Shown: positions 20,527 through 30,977, counted from the stretch's first letter. The stretch is 64,000 nt of DNA from an uncultured SAR86 cluster bacterium (GCA_902541365.1 CACBQK010000002.1:1478-65477), one strand, 5' to 3'. Made by a program: numbers and translations. The notes: generated by a model not told the origin, from the sequence alone.

Positions 20527-22281
20527 ATGTTCAATTTTAAAAACCTTTTTGTTTATATATCCCTTCTTATTTTGGTAAGCTGCAGCGGAACCGATGGCGA
20601 CAGTTTACCACCATTGGAAGTTTCAATCTCATCATCAAATGAGGCACCATTTTATGATGAAATTTATACTATTTCTTGGGAATCAAATGCTAGCCAGTGT
20701 TATGCTGCGTCCAATACTGGTTCATGGTTAGGAGAGTTACCTCCATCTGGGAGCCAAGACTTTGTTGCAAAGAGAGAAGGTGTTTCCAATTATGGTATCC
20801 AGTGCAGGAGAAGTATTAATTTCGAAAACGCTATAGTTGATGTAATCGTAGAAAAAGATTTCATAAACTATTTTGATTACGAAGATATTCCAGTATTAAA
20901 CATTGGCAGTCTGACACTTGATTCAGATAGTGTATTAGAAGTATTAGATAGCTCAATAGCGGACTTTAATGGAGACTTTAGATTAGATTTAGCAGTTTTA
21001 ATTGAGGACTCAAAAACGGATGCTACAACTGAATCGGTATTTTATATTTTAGTTTTTTATGGACAAGATTTTTCTTCAGTTACTGAAGAAAATCCATATT
21101 CCTTTCAGGAGGTCAATCAAGGGAATTGTGTTGCTAACAAGTTAATAAGAGTTGACTATAACCAAGATGGTTTACTTGATCTAATGACCGTTTCTACTTC
21201 AGCAGAAGATTCTTTGAATAAAAGAGGCCTTTGTTTCTTTTTGTCTTCATTAGATGGATTAACTCTTCAAGATGAAGAATATTTGTCTAATGAAACAGCG
21301 CTTAATCTATCTAATGTTGAAATAGGATCTAGTGTTCTGTATGACATCAGTGGCGATTCAAGACCAGATGTTTTACTTTTTGGTAATGGGGGATCAACGG
21401 ATTTACCTTTTTATGTGATTCCTTCAGAAGATGGACCATCTATATCTTTATCAAATCCTCTCAATACATTGGATCCCTATACAAGAACTAATGGATGTGA
21501 AGAAGGAATTAGTTTTTTGTGTGATTGGATAACAAATGATTATCATTTTAAAGATTCTATTATTATAAATGCTGATGAAGATGGGGTAGTTGATATCATT
21601 AACTCAATTAATACAGTCAATGGACCAAAATATAATCTCTATAATACTAGGCTTGAGAATGAGACTGCATATTTTGATTTTTCGGCCCAGGTAGAGGATT
21701 ATATAGTTTCATCAATTTCAACAGGTGATGGTATTTCTTTGAAAATGGGTCCAGTTGATGGAAATCTGGATGGTTATACAGATCTATTAGTCTTTGAAAA
21801 AAGTTTGTCCAACAAAACTTATAAAGTAAGCATTTATGAAAAAATAGTTTCTGTTGAAGATTCAGTTAATTATATTTCAAGCGTAAATAACGGAGATTTA
21901 TCAGAAGAATACACTTTTGATGAAGGGCTAAGGTTTTCAAATGAGATTCTAGTTTTTGATTTAGATTCCAATGGTCTTATAGACATATTTTTACCTTTCA
22001 CAGAACTCCCTTACAAAACAACAAACACAAATTATGAAAAACATTTTTTTGCATATGAAAAAAGCAGAATAGTTAATGAAGATACAACAACTACTCAAGA
22101 TTGGATATTTCAAGACTTTTCAGATTCAATTGGATTGGATCCAAGCAGCATAAGTAATTTTTGGATAGATCTTGATACTGATAATGACATTGATGCTATT
22201 TTGATGATCCCTGAAGTCTCAAGTGATGGCATTAATGTGAATTATAATTTTAAAATTTATCTTAATAATTCTCTGTTCTGA
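20527..22281 (+). CDS. Acidic lipoprotein with FG-GAP/VCBS-type beta-propeller repeats
   Basis: Lipobox LVSC (Cys19). About seven DxD/NxDG-type motifs: DFNGDFRLDL, DYNQDGLLDL, DISGDSRPDV, ADEDGVVDI, DGNLDGYTDL, DLDSNGLIDI, DLDTDNDID. Confidence 0.8.
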   Translation: MFNFKNLFVYISLLILVSCSGTDGDSLPPLEVSISSSNEAPFYDEIYTISWESNASQCYAASNTGSWLGELPPSGSQDFVAKREGVSNYGIQCRRSINFENAIVDVIVEKDFINYFDYEDIPVLNIGSLTLDSDSVLEVLDSSIADFNGDFRLDLAVLIEDSKTDATTESVFYILVFYGQDFSSVTEENPYSFQEVNQGNCVANKLIRVDYNQDGLLDLMTVSTSAEDSLNKRGLCFFLSSLDGLTLQDEEYLSNETALNLSNVEIGSSVLYDISGDSRPDVLLFGNGGSTDLPFYVIPSEDGPSISLSNPLNTLDPYTRTNGCEEGISFLCDWITNDYHFKDSIIINADEDGVVDIINSINTVNGPKYNLYNTRLENETAYFDFSAQVEDYIVSSISTGDGISLKMGPVDGNLDGYTDLLVFEKSLSNKTYKVSIYEKIVSVEDSVNYISSVNNGDLSEEYTFDEGLRFSNEILVFDLDSNGLIDIFLPFTELPYKTTNTNYEKHFFAYEKSRIVNEDTTTTQDWIFQDFSDSIGLDPSSISNFWIDLDTDNDIDAILMIPEVSSDGINVNYNFKIYLNNSLF

Positions 22282-22290
22282 GCAAGTATT

Positions 22291-23289
22291 ATGTTTGTCA
22301 GGTTAGCCAAGGTAAAAGATTGCCAAGAGATATATGATCTGATTAAAGATGGTGATTCGGGTATGACAACACTACCTAAATCAAAAGATGAAGTCCTTGA
22401 AAGAATAAGCTGGTCTAAGAAATCTCTTAACAAGAAAACAAAAAGACCTGACAAAGATTCCTATCTTTTTGTTCTTAAAGAAAATAATAGAATAGTTGGT
22501 ATTTCTGCAATCTACACTTCTGTTTCAAAAAATGGAACCTCAGTTTTTTTTAAACAAAAAAAGAAGAATATTTCCTCAAAAGTTTTTAAATTTAAGAAAA
22601 GTTTAGATGTCATTCAGTTACACACAGTTAAAAATCCATATACTGAGTTAGGCACTCTGTATTTACATCCTGATTTTAGAGGAAAGGGGAGAGGGTCTTT
22701 GTTGTCATTGGCGCGCTTTAAGTTTATGGCTCTTTGGCCAGAGAGATTTGATAAGAAAGTTGTTGCTGAAATAAGAGGTAAAGTAGATAAAGATGATACT
22801 TCAATTTTCTGGAAATATTTTAGTAAGTACTTTTTTGATGAAGAAATGTTCAACAACAATGAAATAAGTTATATAAATAATTCTTTTATTGCTGAATCTA
22901 TACCTAAACACCCATTCCTTGTAAGTCCGTTAAATAGATCAGCTCAAAGGATAATTGGAATACCAAATGATAATGCGCAACCTGCTTTCAAGATGATGGA
23001 ATCTCAGAACTTCAAACCTAATGGTTTGGTGGATATCATTGATGCTGGGCCTTGCCTTGACTGTAAGTTAAATGAAATTAAAACAATTAAAAATAATCAG
23101 TCTGTAAAAATAAAATCATTTGGTCTTCCAAAAAAGCAATTCAGTGGCCTTATTTCAAATACTGATCTAAAAGGTTTCAGAGTTGTCAGATCAGATTTTT
23201 CTTTTGATGGTGAAAAAGTTTCAATTCATAGAAACCTCATTAAGATTCTTAAATTAGGAACTAATAGTAAGGTTGCAATTAATGTCTGA
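22291..23289 (+). CDS. astA: Arginine N-succinyltransferase
   Basis: GMTTLP, TELGTLYLHPDFR, LLSLARF, VAEIRG, SQNF...VDIIDAGP; adjacent to astB. Confidence 0.93.
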   Translation: MFVRLAKVKDCQEIYDLIKDGDSGMTTLPKSKDEVLERISWSKKSLNKKTKRPDKDSYLFVLKENNRIVGISAIYTSVSKNGTSVFFKQKKKNISSKVFKFKKSLDVIQLHTVKNPYTELGTLYLHPDFRGKGRGSLLSLARFKFMALWPERFDKKVVAEIRGKVDKDDTSIFWKYFSKYFFDEEMFNNNEISYINNSFIAESIPKHPFLVSPLNRSAQRIIGIPNDNAQPAFKMMESQNFKPNGLVDIIDAGPCLDCKLNEIKTIKNNQSVKIKSFGLPKKQFSGLISNTDLKGFRVVRSDFSFDGEKVSIHRNLIKILKLGTNSKVAINV

Positions 23290-24601
23290 AATAAACTTCG
23301 ATGGTTTAATTGGTCCCACACATAATTACTCAGGATTGTCAGAAGGTAATAATGCATCAAAAAAAAATTATTCCTCACCCTCCAATCCCAAGAATGCAGC
23401 GCTTCAAGGAATTAAAAAAGCAGAAACTTTAATTGCTTGTGGATTGAAACAAGGATTTTTCCTTCCTCATGAAAGGCCTTTTATACCAGGACTTAAAAAG
23501 CTTGGTTTTAGTGGGTCTGATGAAGAGATACTTTCTTCAGCATTCAATCATTCGCAGGTACTATTGAGTAATTTTTCATCTGCATCATCAATGTGGGCAG
23601 CTAATGCAGCAACTATATCTCCCAGCCCAGACACTCAAGATAATAAGGTTCACTTAACGCCAGCAAATCTAAATACAATGTTTCATAGAAGTATTGAGAC
23701 AGAATTTACATATCAGCAATGCAAAATAATTTTTCCAAAAAAATATTTTAATATACATAAACCAGCCGTCACTATTTCAGGTTATGGTGATGAGGGAGCA
23801 GCAAATCATCTAAGAATAAGTAAATCTCATAATGAGAAAGGCTTTGAAATATTTGTATATGGCGATAGTGGTTTTAAAAATGATAAAACGTCAGTGAAGA
23901 GACAAGCACTTGAAGTTTCCAGATCAATTGCCTTTAACCATAAGCTAGATATGGAAAACACTTTTTTTCTTCAGCAAAATCATCAAGCTATTGCGGAAGG
24001 TAGCTTTCATAATGATATCGTAAGCCTCTCAAATGAGAATGTCTTAATTGCGCATGAAAAGGCTTTCGGAAATAAAGATGATTTAAATAAAATGCTCAAT
24101 ATTCTTGAATCTAAAATTGATAATTTCCAATATATTGAGATTTCTAATTCTGAAATTCCATTGAAGGATATCATCACCTCATATCTCCTTAACTCTCAAC
24201 TTATTACGAACGGCGATAACGAGATGCAATTGATTCTTCCTGAAGAAGTAAAAGGATATAAGAATTGCATGTCTTGGCTAGATAAACTAAAACAAATCTC
24301 AGATGTAAAGCTTTTTGATTTTGTTAATATTAGACAAAGTATGATGAATGGTGGGGGGCCTGCATGTTTAAGATTAAAAGTAATTTTAAATGATGAAGAA
24401 CTCGAAAGTCTTAACCAAAATTTCCTCATGAATAATGAGAGACTAGAATCTATTAAATTATTAATTGAAAGAGAGTACAGAGATGTTCTTTATCCCGATG
24501 ATCTTAAGGATCCAAATCTTCTCGATGAAAGTAGAAGAATTTTAGATGAGCTTACACAAATCTTTGGAACTGGCTCAATATATGAATTTCAGAAACTATA
24601 A
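23282..24601 (+). CDS. astB: N-succinylarginine dihydrolase
   Basis: EINFDGLIGPTHNYSGLS, SSASSMWAANAAT, GDEGAANH, FHNDIV, SMMNGGGPACLRL (Glu/His/Cys triad motifs). Confidence 0.97.
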   Translation: MSEINFDGLIGPTHNYSGLSEGNNASKKNYSSPSNPKNAALQGIKKAETLIACGLKQGFFLPHERPFIPGLKKLGFSGSDEEILSSAFNHSQVLLSNFSSASSMWAANAATISPSPDTQDNKVHLTPANLNTMFHRSIETEFTYQQCKIIFPKKYFNIHKPAVTISGYGDEGAANHLRISKSHNEKGFEIFVYGDSGFKNDKTSVKRQALEVSRSIAFNHKLDMENTFFLQQNHQAIAEGSFHNDIVSLSNENVLIAHEKAFGNKDDLNKMLNILESKIDNFQYIEISNSEIPLKDIITSYLLNSQLITNGDNEMQLILPEEVKGYKNCMSWLDKLKQISDVKLFDFVNIRQSMMNGGGPACLRLKVILNDEELESLNQNFLMNNERLESIKLLIEREYRDVLYPDDLKDPNLLDESRRILDELTQIFGTGSIYEFQKL

Positions 24602-24604
24602 TTC

Positions 24605-26827
24605 CTACCTTTCAATTAATGGCGCTTTAAAAATAATTGAATGAATTTCTTCAGTAATAAATGGAGCAAAAGGGTGAATAAAAACAAGTATTTCCCTAAG
24701 AAGGGGGTGCAGGTTGTCAGTTTTTCCAGTTTTTTTGCATTCTTCAATGTAAACATCACAAAACTTATTCCAGAAAAACTCATATACATGATTAATTGCT
24801 AAATCTAACCTGTAATGATTTACATTATCCTCAACATCAGCTTTGAGTTGTTCAAATTCTTTTAATATCCATTTATCAGATTCAGATTTAGCTTCAAAGC
24901 TATTTCCTTTGTTTTCATAACCATTAATAAATCTTGCAGCATTCCACATTTTGGTGCAAAAATTTCTAAAGCCTTTTAATCTCCCAATTTCAAAACTTAT
25001 GTCTTTAGCATTAGTTGCAATAGAATAAAATGTCATCCTCAAAGCATCAGTCCCATATGACTCAATGCCATTTGGAAATTGTTTTTTGGTTTTTCTAGTA
25101 ATCTTTTCTGCTAATCCTTCTTGCATAAGATTTGATGTTCTTTTTTCGAGAAGATCTTCAAGAGAAATACCATATATTAAGTCTATTGGATCAATAATAT
25201 TGCCTTTGGACTTTGACATTTTTTGTCCATTTTCATCTCTTATAAGGCCAGTAACATAGATATCTCTAAATGGAATCTTTCCTGTAAATTCGATACTCAT
25301 CATGATCATTCTTGCAACCCAGAAGAAAATAATGTCAAAACCAGTAACTAATAGGTTTGTTGGGAAAAAAGTTTTTAGATTCTTTGATTCATTTGGCCAT
25401 CCCATTGATGCAAAAGGCCAAAGGCTAGAGGAAAACCATGTATCTAAAACATCATCATCTTGCCTTAGCGATCTATTATCGAGTGAATAATAAGTTCGGA
25501 CTTCGTTCTCAGAATACCCCACATAAACATTTCCATGATCGTCATACCAAGCAGGAATTCTATGCCCCCACCAGATTTGTCTACTAATACACCAATCTTC
25601 AATATTATTCATCCAGTTAAAATATGTTTTAATCCAGTTTTCGGGATGAAATTTAATTTTTCCATTTTTTACAGCCTTATTTGCCTTATCAGCCATGTCC
25701 TTTGTTTTTACATACCACTGATAACTTAGTTTTGGCTCTATAACTATATTTGAACGCTCTCCTCGAGGAACACTGATTTCATGAGGTTCCTCTTTTACAA
25801 ATAAATCTAGCTTTTTAATTTCTTCAAGAACAAGCTTTCTTACTTTGAATCTGTCTAAATTTTTGAAAGGAGAAGGGACGTTATCATTGCTGTGTGCTTC
25901 ATCAGTAAAAATATTAAGTGGTTCAAAATCTTCAATATCATCAGATATATGAACTTCATTATCTATACAATGAAGGCAGTATTTTTTACCAATTTCATAG
26001 TCATTAAAGTCATGCCCAGGAGTAATCTTAAGGCAACCTGTCCCAAACTCTTTATCCACATAGTCATCGCCAATTATTGGGATTTTTCTTTTTACAAATG
26101 GAAGCTCAACTTTTTTTCCAATGATATCTTTATATCTTTTATCTTTTGGATTAACTGCAATTGCCATATCTCCAAACATAGTTTCCGGACGTGTTGTTGC
26201 AACTGTTACAAAATCATCTGAACCTATAATTGGATACTTTAAATACCAAATAAGACCTTTTTTTTCTTGTCTTACAACCTCCAGATCTGAAACCGCAGTT
26301 TTTAAAGATGGATCCCAGTTTACTAACCTATAGCCACGATAGATTTTCTCTTTCCTATAAAGCTCTACAAAAGCTTTTAGAACAGCTTTATTAAAACCTT
26401 CATCTAAAGTAAACCTATAATTACTCCAATCAACTGAATTACCTAACCTTTTAATTTGTCCAGTAATTTTATTTTCTGAAAATTCTTTCCACTCCCAAAC
26501 TTTTTTAACAAAATCTTCTCTACCCAAATCATTTTTATCAATATTTTCTCTGGATAGATTGTTTTCAACGACCATTTGCGTTGCAATTCCTGCATGATCT
26601 GTACCTATCTGCCAATGAGTATTTACATCATTTAAGTGATTGTATCTAGCATAGAAATCCATTATTGAATACTGGAAACTATGCCCCATGTGAAGAGTTC
26701 CAGTAACATTTGGAGGTGGTATAACCTGCGAAAAAGTTTGTGAAGAGTTATTTTTACCTAAATTATTTTTTGCCCAAATCTCTGACCACTTTTCTTCAAT
26801 AATAAGTGGTTCATATCTTTTATCCAT
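24605..26827 (-). CDS. valS: Valine--tRNA ligase (C-terminally shortened, 740 aa)
   Basis: PPPNVTGTLHMGH, DHAGIATQ, TTRPET, WCISRQIWWGH, DTWFSS, KMSKSKGN. Confidence 0.98.
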   Translation of the reverse strand: MDKRYEPLIIEEKWSEIWAKNNLGKNNSSQTFSQVIPPPNVTGTLHMGHSFQYSIMDFYARYNHLNDVNTHWQIGTDHAGIATQMVVENNLSRENIDKNDLGREDFVKKVWEWKEFSENKITGQIKRLGNSVDWSNYRFTLDEGFNKAVLKAFVELYRKEKIYRGYRLVNWDPSLKTAVSDLEVVRQEKKGLIWYLKYPIIGSDDFVTVATTRPETMFGDMAIAVNPKDKRYKDIIGKKVELPFVKRKIPIIGDDYVDKEFGTGCLKITPGHDFNDYEIGKKYCLHCIDNEVHISDDIEDFEPLNIFTDEAHSNDNVPSPFKNLDRFKVRKLVLEEIKKLDLFVKEEPHEISVPRGERSNIVIEPKLSYQWYVKTKDMADKANKAVKNGKIKFHPENWIKTYFNWMNNIEDWCISRQIWWGHRIPAWYDDHGNVYVGYSENEVRTYYSLDNRSLRQDDDVLDTWFSSSLWPFASMGWPNESKNLKTFFPTNLLVTGFDIIFFWVARMIMMSIEFTGKIPFRDIYVTGLIRDENGQKMSKSKGNIIDPIDLIYGISLEDLLEKRTSNLMQEGLAEKITRKTKKQFPNGIESYGTDALRMTFYSIATNAKDISFEIGRLKGFRNFCTKMWNAARFINGYENKGNSFEAKSESDKWILKEFEQLKADVEDNVNHYRLDLAINHVYEFFWNKFCDVYIEECKKTGKTDNLHPLLREILVFIHPFAPFITEEIHSIIFKAPLIER

Positions 26828-26842
26828 TTAGGTAAAAGTTTT

Positions 26843-28342
26843 TTAGCTTAGAATCAAATCGCAAAGAAGAGGAACTGGCCTTCCTGTTCCACCTTTTTCA
26901 TTACCTTTAACCCATGCAGTTCCAGCAATATCTAAATGAGCCCAGCTATAATCTTCTGTAAACTTTGATAAAAAGCATGCTGCTGTGACAGTACCAGCAC
27001 CTGCACCACCTATATTTGCTAAATCAGCAAAATTTGTTTTGGTGCAAGATTTATATTCATCCCAGAGAGGTAATTGCCAAGCTCTATCACCAGAATTTTC
27101 TCCAGCTTGCAATATCTTATCAGCAAGTTTTTGATCATTTGCCATTAAACCTGATGCATAGTTACCAAGTGCAACTACACATGCTCCAGTTAATGTCGCT
27201 ATATCGATTACATGAGCAGGCTTAAATTTCTTAACATATGTAAGAGCATCGCAAAGTACTAATCTTCCTTCTGCATCAGTATTAAGGATTTCAATAGTTT
27301 GTCCTGACATTGATGTTACAACATCTCCAGGTTTAGTTGCATGAGCAGAGGGCATATTCTCAGCACATGCAAGAAGACCGACAACATTAACTTTTGCGTT
27401 AAGTCTCGCTAGAGCAATCATTACGCCAAATACCGAGGCTGCTCCGCACATATCCCATTTCATTTCATCCATTGCAGGGGATGGCTTTAACGATATACCG
27501 CCAGTATCAAAGGTTATTCCTTTACCTACTAGGACAATTGGTTTTTCACCAGCTTTTCCACCTTTATGCTCAATTGTCATCATTCTTGAAGGCTCATCAC
27601 TTCCTCTTCCAACACTTAAGAAAGAACCCATTTTAAATTTAGCCAAGTCCTTTTCATTAAAAGTTGAAATCTTTAATTTCGGAAATGGTTTCTTTAAGGC
27701 TTTAACTTTTCTTTCAATTATTCTTGGAGTACATAAATTTGCAGGCATATCACCTAAATGCTTAGCTGCATTCATTGCTTCACCGACCGCAAACCCAACC
27801 CTAGCTGAGGTTTTAAGCTTCTTCAAAGCTGAGGATGTTACAGAACTTGCTATGATGGAAGCCCTCTTTAAACTAGGTTTTACAACTGTTTTATTTTTAG
27901 AGCTTCCAAAAATATATGCAGATGCTTCTATTTGTCTGCAACAAACTTCAGTTAGCCAGCTTTCATCTTTGCCGTCAGGACATTTGCATGCAAACATTAC
28001 AGAAATGTCTTGTTTTCCAAGAGAATTAGCTATTTTTGAGATAGATTTAAATAGATCTAACCATAGGTAGGTATTAGATTTCTCAGGAGTCTTCATAAGC
28101 AGGACTTCTTTTGATGAAACACCATCGGGACTTTGAAGATTAAGAGACTTAGCTTTTGACTTCAAAAAGGAATTTATAGATTTAAATAAACTACCATTTG
28201 TTACTTTATCCATATGAATCAGCAATTTATTCTTTTTAGCAGACTTATCAACAAGGACTACCAAAAGAGAGGATTTATCTTTCACAAACTCTTTGCTGCT
28301 TAGATTTTTAACTGAAATGCTATTTAATACTCTGTAACTCAT
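26843..28342 (-). CDS. pepA: Leucyl aminopeptidase (M17)
   Basis: VGKGITFDTGGISLK, MKWDMCGAA, NTDAEGRL, HLDIAGTA; AGGAG RBS upstream. Confidence 0.98.
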   Translation of the reverse strand: MSYRVLNSISVKNLSSKEFVKDKSSLLVVLVDKSAKKNKLLIHMDKVTNGSLFKSINSFLKSKAKSLNLQSPDGVSSKEVLLMKTPEKSNTYLWLDLFKSISKIANSLGKQDISVMFACKCPDGKDESWLTEVCCRQIEASAYIFGSSKNKTVVKPSLKRASIIASSVTSSALKKLKTSARVGFAVGEAMNAAKHLGDMPANLCTPRIIERKVKALKKPFPKLKISTFNEKDLAKFKMGSFLSVGRGSDEPSRMMTIEHKGGKAGEKPIVLVGKGITFDTGGISLKPSPAMDEMKWDMCGAASVFGVMIALARLNAKVNVVGLLACAENMPSAHATKPGDVVTSMSGQTIEILNTDAEGRLVLCDALTYVKKFKPAHVIDIATLTGACVVALGNYASGLMANDQKLADKILQAGENSGDRAWQLPLWDEYKSCTKTNFADLANIGGAGAGTVTAACFLSKFTEDYSWAHLDIAGTAWVKGNEKGGTGRPVPLLCDLILS

Positions 28343-28404
28343 GAAATTCTCCTATTTCAACATTGTTAATATATTTATTGTAATGCATCATACTTATTAA
28401 AGGC

Positions 28405-29517
28405 ATGTTTAAAAAGAATATTCTTTATAAAAGCATTAACCTAGAAGTTTTTAAAAACTTTTTAGGATGCTTAACCATTTTATTTATCCTAGTAGCAAGC
28501 TCAAGGTTATTAGGATATTTTGATAAATCAATTGCAGGAAATCTAGAGTCGGACTTAATCTTATCGATTCTAATTTTAAGGTCACCTGAATTTATCAATC
28601 TACTTATACCACTTAGTTTCTTTCTGTCAGTATTAATTGCTCTTGGAAGGCTTTATATGGATCATGAAATTTATGCTTATCAGTCTGCAGGATTCTCAAA
28701 GATGGCTTTTGTTAAGTCTTTCCTCTTTCAAACATTATCTTTAACAGTAATTTCAGTCTTTTTAAGTTTTTATGTGACTCCAGATTTTGAAAAAAGAGCA
28801 GATGAAATACTTAATTATTCTTCCATTGAAAAAAAGTTAAAATTGCTAAATGAGGATGAGCTAAGCCATATTTCAGATTCTTCATATCTTTACTTTTCTT
28901 CACGAAATGGAAATTATTTTAATCAGAGCATTTTTATTGAAGATGATGCAAATGGAATATCAATAATTTCGGCTGAAAGACTTAAATTAATTGAAAAGAA
29001 TAGAGCAACAGATTTTGAGTTCTTAAATGGAAAGATTTTTATTGATGCTGCTTCGCCAAATTCTTTAGTAAGCTCATTCAAAAAGTTGACTACCGATTTT
29101 AATGAAAAAGACTCAGAAGAAGAATCTTTTGAAAGAGTATTTAATATTGATAAGCTTTCAGATAAGGCCCAGTTTGAGTGGGCTCTTGCAGTTCCAATAA
29201 TGATAATAAATTTAATGATTTTAGGAGTCTGTCTTACAAATTCTGCTCCAAGACAGGGCAGAATGATTTCTTTACTACCAGGCCTATTAATTTTCTTTTT
29301 ATACCTTAGTACATTAATAGTTTTTAGAGATGGCATATCGGAGAATAAGTCTTTTGCATATTTTGGTATGTGGCCAGTTCACTTTCTAGTTTTGTTGACA
29401 TCAATCTTTCTTTTTTTGCGCGGTGACGTGGTCTCTAAAATTCTTTTCACAAAAACTAATATTGCCAAGGCAGTAATGGCATCAATTTTGCTAATTATTT
29501 TATTATGGTTAATTTAG
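28405..29517 (+). CDS. lptF: LPS export ABC transporter permease LptF
   Basis: YjgP/YjgQ topology; LGRLYMDHEI, PRQGR; divergent from pepA as is usual. Confidence 0.92.
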   Translation: MFKKNILYKSINLEVFKNFLGCLTILFILVASSRLLGYFDKSIAGNLESDLILSILILRSPEFINLLIPLSFFLSVLIALGRLYMDHEIYAYQSAGFSKMAFVKSFLFQTLSLTVISVFLSFYVTPDFEKRADEILNYSSIEKKLKLLNEDELSHISDSSYLYFSSRNGNYFNQSIFIEDDANGISIISAERLKLIEKNRATDFEFLNGKIFIDAASPNSLVSSFKKLTTDFNEKDSEEESFERVFNIDKLSDKAQFEWALAVPIMIINLMILGVCLTNSAPRQGRMISLLPGLLIFFLYLSTLIVFRDGISENKSFAYFGMWPVHFLVLLTSIFLFLRGDVVSKILFTKTNIAKAVMASILLIILLWLI

Positions 29518-30515
29518 TAGGCATCTTTTCAAGACACATAATAGTAAGGACTTTTGTAATTACTTTACTAGTTTTTTTTGGCATTACTTTTCTTGATTTA
29601 ATTTTTTCAATCATTGGCGATGCTGAGGACTTAAATGAGGAATTCACTTTGAATGATCTTATCTTCACAACCTTATATAGATTATTTCATGATTCAATGG
29701 ATTATGTTCAGGGATCTTGTTTATTAGGAGCCTTAATATCACTTGGTCTTTTCAAAAGAGATGGAAATCTTACAATAATACGTTCAAATGGTTTATCTCC
29801 TATAAAAATCTCACTAATTTTTGCTCTTGGACCAATTATCTTTTCACTTTTAATGATTTCGCTAGACAATAAGCTTTTCATACAAGCAGCTAATCATGCT
29901 GAAACTTTTAATAGTCAAATCATTAGGGATAAGCTAGATATAGAGTTTTCATGGAAAAAAGATGGAAATAAGATCCTGAGATATTCTCAAAAGAGGGAAT
30001 CCGAAATATTAAATCCAACATTGATTCTTCTAGATGAAAATGACTCAGTCAAAGAAATAATTTCTTCTGAAAAAGCAGAAGTTTCAGATGGATTGATCAA
30101 AATTGATAACTCTGAATTTAGATTCTTTATTCCGAAAGATAAGAATTTGGATAGATCAACTGTAAAAAATATTCCAATTGGGACCCTGAAGACTTATTTA
30201 AGAGAATCTGAAGAAACTAAACTTGAAGACAAAGAAAAGAATTTTATTATCGTAGAAATCCTTCAAAGGATACTTTTACCAATATCAGCGCTTCTATTAA
30301 TATTAATTGCATCAATGTTATTTTTTAGGGATCAAAGAAATAATTCTTTTGGATCATATGTTGTTGGTGGATTCCTCGGAGCTTTTATTTTTAATTTAAC
30401 TCAAGAGTTTTTTTTCAGCATGAGCCTAACGATTCAATCAAATATAGTTACAGTTTCGCTAATGCCATATCTATTACTTCTAGTAATTTTTTATTTAACT
30501 TATAAAAGGATTTAA
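29505..30515 (+). CDS. lptG: LPS export ABC transporter permease LptG
   Basis: YjgP/YjgQ topology (GALISLG...GNLTIIRSNGLS); follows lptF. Confidence 0.85.
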   Translation: MVNLVGIFSRHIIVRTFVITLLVFFGITFLDLIFSIIGDAEDLNEEFTLNDLIFTTLYRLFHDSMDYVQGSCLLGALISLGLFKRDGNLTIIRSNGLSPIKISLIFALGPIIFSLLMISLDNKLFIQAANHAETFNSQIIRDKLDIEFSWKKDGNKILRYSQKRESEILNPTLILLDENDSVKEIISSEKAEVSDGLIKIDNSEFRFFIPKDKNLDRSTVKNIPIGTLKTYLRESEETKLEDKEKNFIIVEILQRILLPISALLLILIASMLFFRDQRNNSFGSYVVGGFLGAFIFNLTQEFFFSMSLTIQSNIVTVSLMPYLLLLVIFYLTYKRI

Positions 30516-30937
30516 TCTGAAATAATTGATGTTTTAGATAATAAGTCGCTAAGCGATCTATCATTTTTACTTATTCTTCTTAAGAAAAGCGGAATGCCAG
30601 CTAATGAAATGGTAAAGATATTTGATAAAAATCTTATGATAGTCTGGATTATTGTAATCTGATTACCATCTTGTGAAACAATTCTTAATTTCCATGATGA
30701 CATCCCTAAAGTTTTGCCCCCATATATCCAGAACAAAGCAAAATAGAGCCATGTACTTAAAATCACAAGACTCATTCCAGTAATAGGATTAAGCGAGGAT
30801 ACTTCCCCAGTTAAAACAAACTTTACACCCAGAGCAAGTGAACCAACTAAAAACCAAACACCTAACATAAGAAGTGAGTCATATACAGTTGCAGCAACTA
30901 TCCTTAATAGGGAAACTTTTTTATTTGTTAGTTCCAT
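30512..30937 (-). CDS. RDD family membrane protein
   Basis: RIVAATVYD, GKTLGMSSWKLRIV, SLSDLLSKT; convergent with lptG as in other gammaproteobacteria. Confidence 0.92.
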   Translation of the reverse strand: MELTNKKVSLLRIVAATVYDSLLMLGVWFLVGSLALGVKFVLTGEVSSLNPITGMSLVILSTWLYFALFWIYGGKTLGMSSWKLRIVSQDGNQITIIQTIIRFLSNIFTISLAGIPLFLRRISKNDRSLSDLLSKTSIISD

Positions 30938-30977
30938 TTTTGGTATAGTACTAAATTATTAAAAAAAATAAATTATT

